Shown: piece after piece, positions 21,551 through 29,231 of the stretch
Layout of the letters: every line of letters starts with the position of its first letter
Position numbering within the stretch: position 1 is the first letter of the stretch
From: a bacterium
Lineage (GTDB): Bacteria > UBA8248
Length of the DNA stretch: 64,000 nucleotides
Direction: 5' to 3'
NCBI GenBank assembly: GCA_965261085.1
Contig: OZ253442.1
Location: forward strand, 2,208,001-2,272,000
Translations under genes and position numbers: made by a program
Notes under the pieces: generated by a model
Told to the model about the DNA's origin: nothing
Seen by the model: the letters and a program-made list of their open reading frames with translations, nothing else
The model's database searches: none

Positions 21551-21580
21551 ATATTACTGCACCTTTTTCGTCTTGGTCAA
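21551..21580 (-). promoter_or_regulatory. Candidate sigma70 promoter of the ilv operon
   Basis: TTGACC-N18-TAATAT on the minus strand, about 245 nt upstream of ilvB. Confidence 0.45.
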
Positions 21581-21646
21581 GGATGAAAACGTAAAATCAT
21601 TTATTTCAAGGCGCTAGCATATTGTATCGGGCGAAATCCCGATTTT

Positions 21647-21853
21647 TCAATTCTTCTCCATCGTCTCCAATTGCGTCTTGATAGCGAGCTTTTCTTTTTT
21701 AAGCAGTTTTATCTGCTGTTGCTCTTCCGGGGATGGGAATCGAATATTTTCAAGAGCGAGAATCTTTTCATCTAAAACGGCGTGTTCTTTTTTCAGGTGC
21801 GCGAGTTCATCGTCCAGATTCAGTGCTTCTTCCACTTTTTCGGTTGTTTCCAA
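21647..21853 (-). CDS. DUF465/YdcH-family small coiled-coil protein
   Basis: L..EH..LD..I..LE and LKKEKL.IK..L pattern; TTG start with GAGGAG RBS. Confidence 0.75.
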   Translation of the reverse strand: METTEKVEEALNLDDELAHLKKEHAVLDEKILALENIRFPSPEEQQQIKLLKKEKLAIKTQLETMEKN

Positions 21854-21960
21854 TGAAGAATCTCCTCGTAGGTATCCATGGCGGCAATTACAGAGTTTGA
21901 TTTGGGCTTGCCGTATAGTTAGCAAATAATCTTCTAATCTACGAAATATTGAACCGGGAA

Positions 21961-22707
21961 TCAACCCTGAGGGTCCGGCCACTTGGTTTGCGCTTGAGAT
22001 TTTCGACAATAGTTCAGAGAAATTTTGTCGCTATGCGAAGGCATTTGATTTTGGAGGGCTCTCTGGGTCAGCCATGCGGTCGCAACAGCCGAGGAATCAA
22101 TTTCAGAATGTGAGAACGATTCTCCAGGAACTCCAATAGCAAAAGTTTTTGGCAATCCCACTTTTTGGCCCGTCAGCAGCGTATGGCCATCCTCTGGAGG
22201 TTGGAACTCGTCTTGCGCGATGATTTCATCCTCCTGGATGCGGGAGAGGACATTTCCCCGGGGTAATTCCGGGTTCCTGGATACTTCAAACAACGCGGTA
22301 AACAGCTCCCCGTATCTGGCGTCTCGATAGGGGAGAATGTAATCGGGCAGGCTGCGGCCCGCGCGCATTTCATTCAACAGTGCGGCCATCGCCATGGTTT
22401 CCAAAGATGAAAAACCATATAGCGGACAGCCCAAGCCCAATGAAAGCCCTTTTGCGCAAGAGAGTCCTACTCTTAGCCCGGTAAAGGCGCCTGGCCCTAC
22501 GCTAACTCCAATGGCCTGAATCATTTTTGTATCGATGTTTCTTGAATTCAAGAGTTGCTCTACTTGCGGCAAGAGCGTCTTTGAAATGCGGATTTCTTCT
22601 GATAGAAGCACCTCTTCCTCGTTCCCATTTGGACAAAGCACTGCGCATTTTCCTTTTGGTATTGAAGTATCAAAGGCCAAGATATAAGAGGTTTTTGTTT
22701 CATCCAT
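21961..22707 (-). CDS. tsaB: tRNA threonylcarbamoyladenosine biosynthesis protein TsaB
   Basis: ILAFDTS, GPGAFTGLRVG, DARYGE. Confidence 0.9.
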   Translation of the reverse strand: MDETKTSYILAFDTSIPKGKCAVLCPNGNEEEVLLSEEIRISKTLLPQVEQLLNSRNIDTKMIQAIGVSVGPGAFTGLRVGLSCAKGLSLGLGCPLYGFSSLETMAMAALLNEMRAGRSLPDYILPYRDARYGELFTALFEVSRNPELPRGNVLSRIQEDEIIAQDEFQPPEDGHTLLTGQKVGLPKTFAIGVPGESFSHSEIDSSAVATAWLTQRALQNQMPSHSDKISLNYCRKSQAQTKWPDPQG

Positions 22708-22722
22708 CTAGTTGCGAACGCC

Positions 22723-23364
22723 TCAAGTGTTTTGAGAGAGATAAAATGACAAGTGTTCCAGTTCGCTGCCCAAATCCACATTTTTGACCTTTACATGCCG
22801 GGGCGTTTGAATTTGGGTGGGAGCGAAATTTAATATGCCCGTAATGCCGGCATTAACGAGTGCAGTCCCTACGTTTTGAGCACTTTCGCTCGGCACTGCG
22901 ATGATGCCGATCTTGATCTGTTTTTCCTGCACGACTTCATGCAAATTCGACATCGGCAACACCGGAAGGGAGCCGGTACGGTGAGCTGGTATTTTTTGGG
23001 GGAATTTGTCGAAGACGGCGTCAATCTCAAAGCCATGAGCCAGAAAACCTTTATATGCCAATAGCGCTGAACCGAGATTTCCCGCTCCGACGAGCACGAC
23101 TTTCCATGTTTGGGTAACACCCAGGATTTTCTTGAGGTTGTACCTCAACTCCTTGATGTAATAGCCTTTTCCGCGGACGCCGAATTCACCGAAATAGGCG
23201 AGATCTTTTCTGATTTGCGCAGGCTTGAATCCGCACCGCTGCGCCAGGTCGGCGGACGCGATGAGTTCGGTTCCCTCGTTTGTTGCTTGCTCCAGGATTC
23301 GGGCGTAAGTGGACAATCGGTTGACGGTCGCCTCTGGAATTTTTGTTTTCGTGTTTTCCCACAT
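22723..23364 (-). CDS. rex: Redox-sensing transcriptional repressor Rex
   Basis: IPEATVNRL, QIRKDLAYFGEFG.RG.GY, GAGNLG.AL, ILNFAP. Confidence 0.96.
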   Translation of the reverse strand: MWENTKTKIPEATVNRLSTYARILEQATNEGTELIASADLAQRCGFKPAQIRKDLAYFGEFGVRGKGYYIKELRYNLKKILGVTQTWKVVLVGAGNLGSALLAYKGFLAHGFEIDAVFDKFPQKIPAHRTGSLPVLPMSNLHEVVQEKQIKIGIIAVPSESAQNVGTALVNAGITGILNFAPTQIQTPRHVKVKNVDLGSELEHLSFYLSQNT

Positions 23365-23396
23365 TCACTTTATGGCCAACTGAAATCCGAAAACGC

Positions 23397-23431
23397 AAAA
23401 AGGGGGGAGCTTGAAAGCTCCCCCTTTTTTT
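23397..23431. terminator. Intrinsic (bidirectional-type) terminator after atpE
   Basis: A-run, GGGGGAGCT-TGAA-AGCTCCCCC hairpin, T-run. Confidence 0.8.
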
Positions 23432-23453
23432 ACGTGTTGCGAACGCGTTTTAT

Positions 23454-23774
23454 CTAACCAAGGATGATGATGAGGCAGATGACGAACGTATAAATGACAA
23501 GGGACTCGATTAAAGCGAGACCGATGATCATCGACACGCGGATATCTCCGCCTGCACCCGGGTTGCGCGCCGTGCCGTCCAACGCACTGGCAATGCTCCT
23601 GCCCTGGGCGAAAGCACCAGCGGCGGCGGCGATGGCCAAAGCGAATGACGAGGAGATCATTCTCCATTTCAGAACTTCACTGCTTCCGGCATCACCGGCG
23701 GCAGCGGCGAACGCATTGGTGGCCATGGCTACAAAGCCGGCTAAGGTGAATCCGATTATTCCCAAACGTTTCAT
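23454..23774 (-). CDS. atpE: ATP synthase F0 subunit c with N-terminal signal-like extension
   Basis: ARNP loop, ALIESLVIY; about 30 aa hydrophobic leader ending AFA. Confidence 0.95.
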   Translation of the reverse strand: MKRLGIIGFTLAGFVAMATNAFAAAAGDAGSSEVLKWRMISSSFALAIAAAAGAFAQGRSIASALDGTARNPGAGGDIRVSMIIGLALIESLVIYTFVICLIIILG

Positions 23775-23820
23775 GCCTTACATCTCCTTGTTGAAGTGAT
23801 TTCTATATGGACCGTTATTG

Positions 23821-24540
23821 TTAATGAGCGTGGGCGGCCTCATGTCCATGTTCTTCGTCGTGATCGTGTCCTTCAAGAGACCCGGCGATATATATCATGG
23901 TCAAGAGGGTGAAAACAAAGGCTTGTATGAAACTTCCGAAAATAATGAACATTTGCATCGCCCAGGGAAGGGGAAGGAAAATTTGCAGGCACAACAGCAT
24001 CAGAACGCCGAGCACCAATTCCTCTCCCGTAATGTTTCCGAAAAGGCGCAGAGTGAGCGATAGAGGACGGCTGAGATGCGAAATGATTTCGATGGGAATC
24101 ATGAGCGGAGCCAGCCAGATGATGGGACCCGTGAAATGCTTGAGATACACCACCCCGTTTCTCTTGAGTCCAATATAGTGTGTAGCGAGAAATACGGTGA
24201 GAGCGCAACCCACGTTGGTGTTCAGGTTGCTCGTTGGCGCCATGAAGCCGGGTATAATTCCAATGACGTTACACAGGAAAATATAGGTGCCTAGTGTGAA
24301 TACAAGGGGGAAAAAGGGTTTTCCCTCTTTGCCGAGGGGGCCTTCCATGAAGGCGGAAAACGCATCGAAAATCGCCTCGAACACGTTTTGCCCGCCAACG
24401 GGTATCTTTTGAAGCGCTTTGGTGACGAGCAATGAACTCACGATGATGAGCAGCATCACTACCCAGCTGTATACGATGTTTGGATAGGCGGACAGCCCCG
24501 GGAAGACGTCGAAATATAAGAACGGGTGAAATTTTTCCAT
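23821..24540 (-). CDS. atpB: ATP synthase F0 subunit a
   Basis: RPLSLTLRLFGN, IQAFVF.LL..Y; His-rich tail. Confidence 0.96.
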   Translation of the reverse strand: MEKFHPFLYFDVFPGLSAYPNIVYSWVVMLLIIVSSLLVTKALQKIPVGGQNVFEAIFDAFSAFMEGPLGKEGKPFFPLVFTLGTYIFLCNVIGIIPGFMAPTSNLNTNVGCALTVFLATHYIGLKRNGVVYLKHFTGPIIWLAPLMIPIEIISHLSRPLSLTLRLFGNITGEELVLGVLMLLCLQIFLPLPWAMQMFIIFGSFIQAFVFTLLTMIYIAGSLEGHDHDEEHGHEAAHAH

Positions 24541-24543
24541 TTG

Positions 24544-24933
24544 TTATGCTCTTGTCGATCCTTGTATTCGGAGGGCGCTTTTAGCCCCGTGGACGAATAT
24601 GGCTAATGGTGGAACGGTCAGCCCTATCACCACGCTCACGACGGGAAGTCGCATCCAACCTATCGCAAGCGCCACGATCCCCATGAGAGCAAAGAATCGC
24701 AAAATGTATAAGACGTGGTGCCACCATTGGGGGCGGTTCATGTTTTTCCGGAAAATGCGGGCGAAGTATACATCCATCATTCGAAAACTTCCAAGCGCGC
24801 ACGCTCCGCCAATCGCCAAGCCGACGGCTGTCGAAACATCCTTGAGAATCAGTCCCGCCATGCTCATGAGCGCCAGAATCAGCCAGCCGGAGTTCTCGAT
24901 GCTTCTAAGGGCGAGTGATGGTTGGTTTCGCAT
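24544..24933 (-). CDS. atpI: ATP synthase protein I
   Basis: Four hydrophobic segments, LRF motif, directly upstream of atpB. Confidence 0.8.
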   Translation of the reverse strand: MRNQPSLALRSIENSGWLILALMSMAGLILKDVSTAVGLAIGGACALGSFRMMDVYFARIFRKNMNRPQWWHHVLYILRFFALMGIVALAIGWMRLPVVSVVIGLTVPPLAIFVHGAKSALRIQGSTRA

Positions 24934-25197
24934 TCAGCGAACGCCTCTGATGAGATCGATAAAAGCGGAAACAAAACCCAAAAACAATCCGACCACTATT
25001 GCCCAGGGATATGAATCGACATATAAATCAATGACATATCCAATTCCGCCGCCTACGAGCGGCGCGGTCACGAAGTTCCATCCCAACGTCGCGAGATGCA
25101 CGTTTCGAACACCTCTGCGAATTTTCCGATCTCGTGACTTGGTCGTTTTCTTCGCCCGTGGCCCGCGACTTGGCTCTGGAGAAGGATCGGAGGCCAT
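24934..25197 (-). CDS. atpZ: AtpZ/AtpI-family two-TM protein
   Basis: GGGIGYVID...S.PW..VVGL.LG pattern at the head of the F0 operon; ATG 25197. Confidence 0.75.
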   Translation of the reverse strand: MASDPSPEPSRGPRAKKTTKSRDRKIRRGVRNVHLATLGWNFVTAPLVGGGIGYVIDLYVDSYPWAIVVGLFLGFVSAFIDLIRGVR

Positions 25198-25418
25198 TCC
25201 CTTCTTTCTCCTCGGATGAGAAGTTGCGGCAACGAAATTTACGGGCGGGAACGTATCAACACAGCCGGTGGGTGTCAAGAGACTCGGGTGTCTTGGCGAG
25301 AAATAGTCTTTTTCCCCGCAAATCCGCGCATTTCCCGTCATCTTGGGAGTCGCGGACCATGGCAGAATTCCCTTGCGTCGCGATGCCGCGGCGTTCTCCC
25401 CCCCCCAAAATAAATTGT

Positions 25419-25565
25419 CAGAAATTTATCGAAAAACATCGTGAATTTATCGATATTTATCGTATTGTTCAGTATTTCCGAATCGCCTTGAGCGGGGGCG
25501 GATCGACCGATCCGCGCAGGGATTCTCGCGCATCCCACCGATGACGCTTTCACGGCAAATGCGGG
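25419..25565. repeat. Dispersed intergenic element, copy A (AATTTATCGA direct repeats)
   Basis: CAGAAATTTATCGAAAAAC-N3-GTGAATTTATCGA ... CATCCCACCG ... GCAAATGCGGG, shared with 51461-51586. Confidence 0.6.
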
Positions 25566-26846
25566 TTATCCCGCGGGTTGAACGAGGGTGTGCGTCATAT
25601 CCTTGCTTCTGCTCATTTTTTCTCTGGAGGGGTAGGAGAGTACGAAGAACAACGAGGCGACTCCGGTCAGGATGCTGAACAGGATGGATAGCGTATAATT
25701 ACCCGTCAGATCGTGAAGCAGCCCGCCCATGAACCCGCCCGTGGCCATTCCCGCGCTCGCGCCGGTAATGAAGGCCCCGAACAGGATGCCTATTTTTTTC
25801 GGACCATAGTATTCGCGCGTGACCACGGGGTACATCGTCCCGTGTCCTCCCATGCCGACCCCGACCACCAGGGCGACGCCATAGAACGCGAAGGGAGAAT
25901 CTACCCATAACAGGAAGGGAACAGCTGATGTTTGCGTCACGAGCGTGGTGAACAATGCCCATTTTGGGCCGATGCGGTCCGACAGTATTCCCAGACCTAT
26001 CCGGCCGATGAGCGTTCCGAGACCCAGGACGCCGACGAGGCCCGCCGCCTGTAGGTGCGGTATGCCTGCCTCAATCGCCATGGGCACCAGGTGAACGATG
26101 AGAACCGAGTGGCACATGCAGTCGGTGGCGTGGCTTGAAATGATCATCCAAAACGGCCTGCGCTTGAGAATTTCCCGCATTCCCATGGATGCTTCCGGCA
26201 GTATCGGGGCGGATTCTTCCGGTCTGTTCGGGGGATTCTTCGAGGTGTCGCCGTCCGTTCCGCGCTGCCTTGGCGGTGCGAGAGCCATTGCAGCGGGTAT
26301 GGCGAGAACAAAAAATATGACGCCCAGGTACAGATAGGAGACTCTCCATCCGTGATTGCTGATGAAAAAGCCGGTGAGGGGCGCCAGGATCAATATGCCG
26401 AGTCCGGTGCCCGAGCCGGCCAGCCCGGTGGCCAGCCCCCGGTGTCTGGTCAGGTTTCGCTGGATAAAAGCCTGGACGGGCGTTGCGATGGCCGCGCGTC
26501 CCGTGCCCGCCATCACGCCGGTGAACAGGAAGTAGTGCCATAAATTCTGGATGAAGAAAGAAAGAAGCAGCGAACCGCCTGCGATCAGAATCCCGACGAT
26601 CAGCACGGGTCTCGTGCCGAATTTATCGGAGAAGCCGCCCGCAATCATCGAGCAGAACGCTATCATGAACATGTTGAGGGAATACGCCGCCGAGGCCGTC
26701 GAGCGGTTCCAGGCGAATTCATCAATCAGGGGGTTCAGGAATACGCCGAAAAGAAAATTAAGGCCCGAGAAGAGCCCCATGAGGACGAAAGCGGAGACGA
26801 TGAAAATCCATTGTCCGGGTGAGAATAAACGATCTCTTTGTTCCAA
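25566..26846 (-). CDS. MFS transporter (OFA/MCT-like)
   Basis: About 12 hydrophobic segments; G.FSDKFG.R and G.LSDRIG.K motif-A loops. Confidence 0.9.
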   Translation of the reverse strand: MEQRDRLFSPGQWIFIVSAFVLMGLFSGLNFLFGVFLNPLIDEFAWNRSTASAAYSLNMFMIAFCSMIAGGFSDKFGTRPVLIVGILIAGGSLLLSFFIQNLWHYFLFTGVMAGTGRAAIATPVQAFIQRNLTRHRGLATGLAGSGTGLGILILAPLTGFFISNHGWRVSYLYLGVIFFVLAIPAAMALAPPRQRGTDGDTSKNPPNRPEESAPILPEASMGMREILKRRPFWMIISSHATDCMCHSVLIVHLVPMAIEAGIPHLQAAGLVGVLGLGTLIGRIGLGILSDRIGPKWALFTTLVTQTSAVPFLLWVDSPFAFYGVALVVGVGMGGHGTMYPVVTREYYGPKKIGILFGAFITGASAGMATGGFMGGLLHDLTGNYTLSILFSILTGVASLFFVLSYPSREKMSRSKDMTHTLVQPAG

Positions 26847-27120
26847 ATACGTTTTCCCAAAAATGCAGCGGAAAGGTTTGAATAATGGCTATGTAACGCT
26901 CATCCTAGGAGATGTAGTGCTTGCCCGCAAGCGGGTCGGGCGATTCTCCCCTAATTTTCACCTCCCTTGGTTGCCCTTCCTGCCTGCTATCGTGTAAGCA
27001 GTTCTCTTTGCGCCCCTGAGCGCAAACCCTCAGGGCGAGGGGCTGTTGAAAAAGTCCCAAATTCGTGATTCGGTGTATGTAGCCGATGGAGGAGGAAGGA
27101 GACAACACTCCCCCCTTGAG

Positions 27121-27333
27121 GGGGTTGTTGAAAAAGCCCCCCTGACAAGGGGGGTTGGGGGTCGAACGCGACCGGGGAGGGAGCGTTCATGGCAAGGAAG
27201 GATGGGGGGGAGTCGGAGGGAATAGTACTTTACCCGTCCCGCTCGCCCTCCCTCGGCTGGAAACCAACCCCTTGGCCCCCCTTGTCAGGGGGGTAAAGGC
27301 CATGCGCCCGACGAGGGGTTTTTCAACAGCCCC
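27121..27333. mobile_element. MITE (213 bp) with IS1182-type TIRs
   Basis: GGGGTTGTTGAAAAA ... TTTTTCAACAGCCCC; TTGAG duplicated at 27116-27120 and 27334-27338; internal inverted pair 27137-27154/27276-27293. Confidence 0.78.
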
Positions 27334-27368
27334 TTGAGGGTCGGGCATCCCGAGGGGAATGCCCGAAG

Positions 27369-27410
27369 GTGAGCTAAGGGCGTAAGCCTGCAAGCGAACC
27401 GGTGGGGGGT
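27369..27410 (+). repeat. Structured dispersed repeat (second copy at 37179-37220)
   Basis: 42 nt, 39 identical between copies; GGGC-GNRA-GCCY hairpin. Confidence 0.75.
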
Positions 27411-27442
27411 CAAACACTCGTCTTGTATGGCCACCGTATCGA

Positions 27443-27554
27443 CCTCATCCTGAGTAGGCGCGCAAGCGCCGTATCGAAGGATGGGAGGCGCTACTCCCTC
27501 GGAGGCGAGAACTTCGCCCTTCGATACGCGGCTTCGCCGCTACTCAGGGTGAGG
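27443..27554. repeat. Palindromic repeat (CCTCATCCTGAG...CTCAGGGTGAGG type)
   Basis: Inverted arms CCTCATCCTGAGTAG/CTACTCAGGGTGAGG and GTATCGAAGG/CCTTCGATAC, with side hairpins. Confidence 0.65.
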
Positions 27555-27595
27555 CGGAGTGGCGGGTAGCTCAAGGGGTCAAACGCGAGTGATGA

Positions 27596-29117
27596 GGGGT
27601 TGTTGAAAAACCCCTGACTCTATGCTTGGATGTATGGATATTACGCGCCCGAGAAGGGAATATCCGCGATGTTGGGACGCAAGAACCGCGCCCAGATGGA
27701 TTTGTTCATCACCGGTTCGCTGGAGAGGTTGATTCCCGAGGATCACATATTGGCCCGCGTGAACCGCGTTCTGGACCTGAGTTGGCTGCGCGAGGAAGTG
27801 GCGGATTGTTATTGCGCGGACAACGGCCGTCCTGGGATCGACCCCGAAGTGGCGGTTCGGTTGATGTTGGCGGGCCTTCTGCTGGGGTTCGTGCACGACC
27901 GTCGGTTGATGCGCGAGGCGCAGGTGAACATCGCGATCCGGTGGTTCATCGGTTACGGGCTGGAGGATCGGCTGCCGGATCATTCGAGCCTGACGCGGAT
28001 ACGGCAGCGCTGGGGGGAGGCCCGGTTCCGGGAGATATTCCGCCGCACGGTCCGTGCGTGCCTGGATGCGAAGGTGGCCAAGGCCGAAGTCGTGCACGTG
28101 GACGCCTCATTGATCCGCGCGGACGTGAGTTGGGAGAGTCTGGTGGAGCGTCACGTGGACGAGGTGATAGCGGAGAACCCCGTCGAGGAGGAGGCCGGGA
28201 AGAAGGGTGGAGGAGGCCGCCGTGGCGGGGGTTCCGGGAAGGTGAGCCGGACGGACCCGGACGCGCGGCTGGCGAGAACGGGCGGGGGATTCGAGCCGAG
28301 CTACAAGCAGCACGCTGTGGTGGACGACACGCGCGGGGTGGTGCTCGACGTATCGGTGACGGAGGGTACGGTGAACGAGCGTGAGGTGCTCGAATCGCAG
28401 GTGGAAGCGGTATGCGAGGTATCGGGGCGCGCGCCCGCGATGGTGACGGCGGACTCTGGCTACGCCTACTCGAAGGTCTACGCGGCCCTGGAGCGCCGGG
28501 GTGTGGCCGCGCTCATTCCGGCGAAGAGGGAACCCTCGCAGAGCCGTGTTCCGTTGCGCCTGTTCCGCTACGACGCGCGGCACGACATCGTGAAGTGTCC
28601 GCGCGGCAAGATACTGAGCCCCCGTCGGCCCGCAAAGGGGGGGCGTTATTATCGTTCGAAGACCCGTGATTGCGCGGGCTGCGCGCTTCGCGAGGATTGC
28701 CTGCCGAAGGCGTGGTCGAGCAAGGTGGTGTTGGTTCCGCATGCGTATCCGGCGCTGTTGCGCGCGCGCCGGCGCCATGCGCGATGGAGGGAGGAGGAGC
28801 GGCGGATGTACCGGCGTCATATGTGGCGCTCGGAGGGCTACCACGGCGAGGCGAAGACCTGGCACGGGCTTGCGCGCGCGGTGCGGCGCGGTCTTGAGAA
28901 CATGAAGATACAGTCCTACCTGACGGCGGCGGCGATCAACCTCAAGCGGCTCTCCGCCGCACTTGCTGCAAGGTTATTCGCCCTCTGGAGGGCCTGGTCG
29001 GCCCGGGAAGAGCCTCTGTGCGTCCATCGCGGCCTCGCAAGCTGCGTGGGCTTCCTGTCCGCCGCCGCGTGACCCTCCATACCGCCCGCTCCCGAAACCG
29101 GGTTATTCAACAACCCC
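27596..29117 (+). mobile_element. IS1182-family insertion sequence (1522 bp), apparently intact
   Basis: TIRs GGGGTTGTTGAAAAACCC / GGGTTATTCAACAACCCC; perfect 5-bp TSD GATGA (27591-27595, 29118-29122); visibly higher GC than the flanks. Confidence 0.92.
27630..29072 (+). CDS. IS1182-family DDE transposase
   Basis: LIPEDH, GRPGIDP, PDHSSL (DUF772-like), VDAS, SRTDPDARL, ADSGY, C-terminal Cys cluster and E...EAK..HGL.RA.RRG....NLKRL. Confidence 0.92.
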   Translation: MYGYYAPEKGISAMLGRKNRAQMDLFITGSLERLIPEDHILARVNRVLDLSWLREEVADCYCADNGRPGIDPEVAVRLMLAGLLLGFVHDRRLMREAQVNIAIRWFIGYGLEDRLPDHSSLTRIRQRWGEARFREIFRRTVRACLDAKVAKAEVVHVDASLIRADVSWESLVERHVDEVIAENPVEEEAGKKGGGGRRGGGSGKVSRTDPDARLARTGGGFEPSYKQHAVVDDTRGVVLDVSVTEGTVNEREVLESQVEAVCEVSGRAPAMVTADSGYAYSKVYAALERRGVAALIPAKREPSQSRVPLRLFRYDARHDIVKCPRGKILSPRRPAKGGRYYRSKTRDCAGCALREDCLPKAWSSKVVLVPHAYPALLRARRRHARWREEERRMYRRHMWRSEGYHGEAKTWHGLARAVRRGLENMKIQSYLTAAAINLKRLSAALAARLFALWRAWSAREEPLCVHRGLASCVGFLSAAA

Positions 29118-29231
29118 GATGAGCGAGCGTTTGCCGCGACCGGGGCGGCGAATGCGCCGCAGGCATTTTCCCCTTGAGGGGCTTTTTCAACAACCCCGGT
29201 GAGATATGGTTTGAAAAAGGAACATCTAAAG

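Larger units (their letters stand above)
27039..29197. mobile_element. Outer non-autonomous unit bounded by IS1182-type TIRs; contains a nested MITE, other palindromic repeats and the full IS
   Basis: Left GGGGCTGTTGAAAAAG, right CTTTTTCAACAACCCC. Flanks GGCGA (27034-27038) and GGTGA (29198-29202) form a 5-bp TSD with one mismatch. Confidence 0.6.

Noticed and set aside
27039-27620. Possible CRISPR array (recurring GTTGAAAAA-type repeats)
   Set aside because: The repeats are inverted pairs with TSDs and irregular spacing, match the IS ends, and there are no cas genes in the window.
26905-28097. Short ORFs across the repeat clusters (also 37102-37761)
   Set aside because: They are translations of TIRs and palindromes (recurring GLFQQP / LLKK strings) or antisense to the transposase, with no RBS support.
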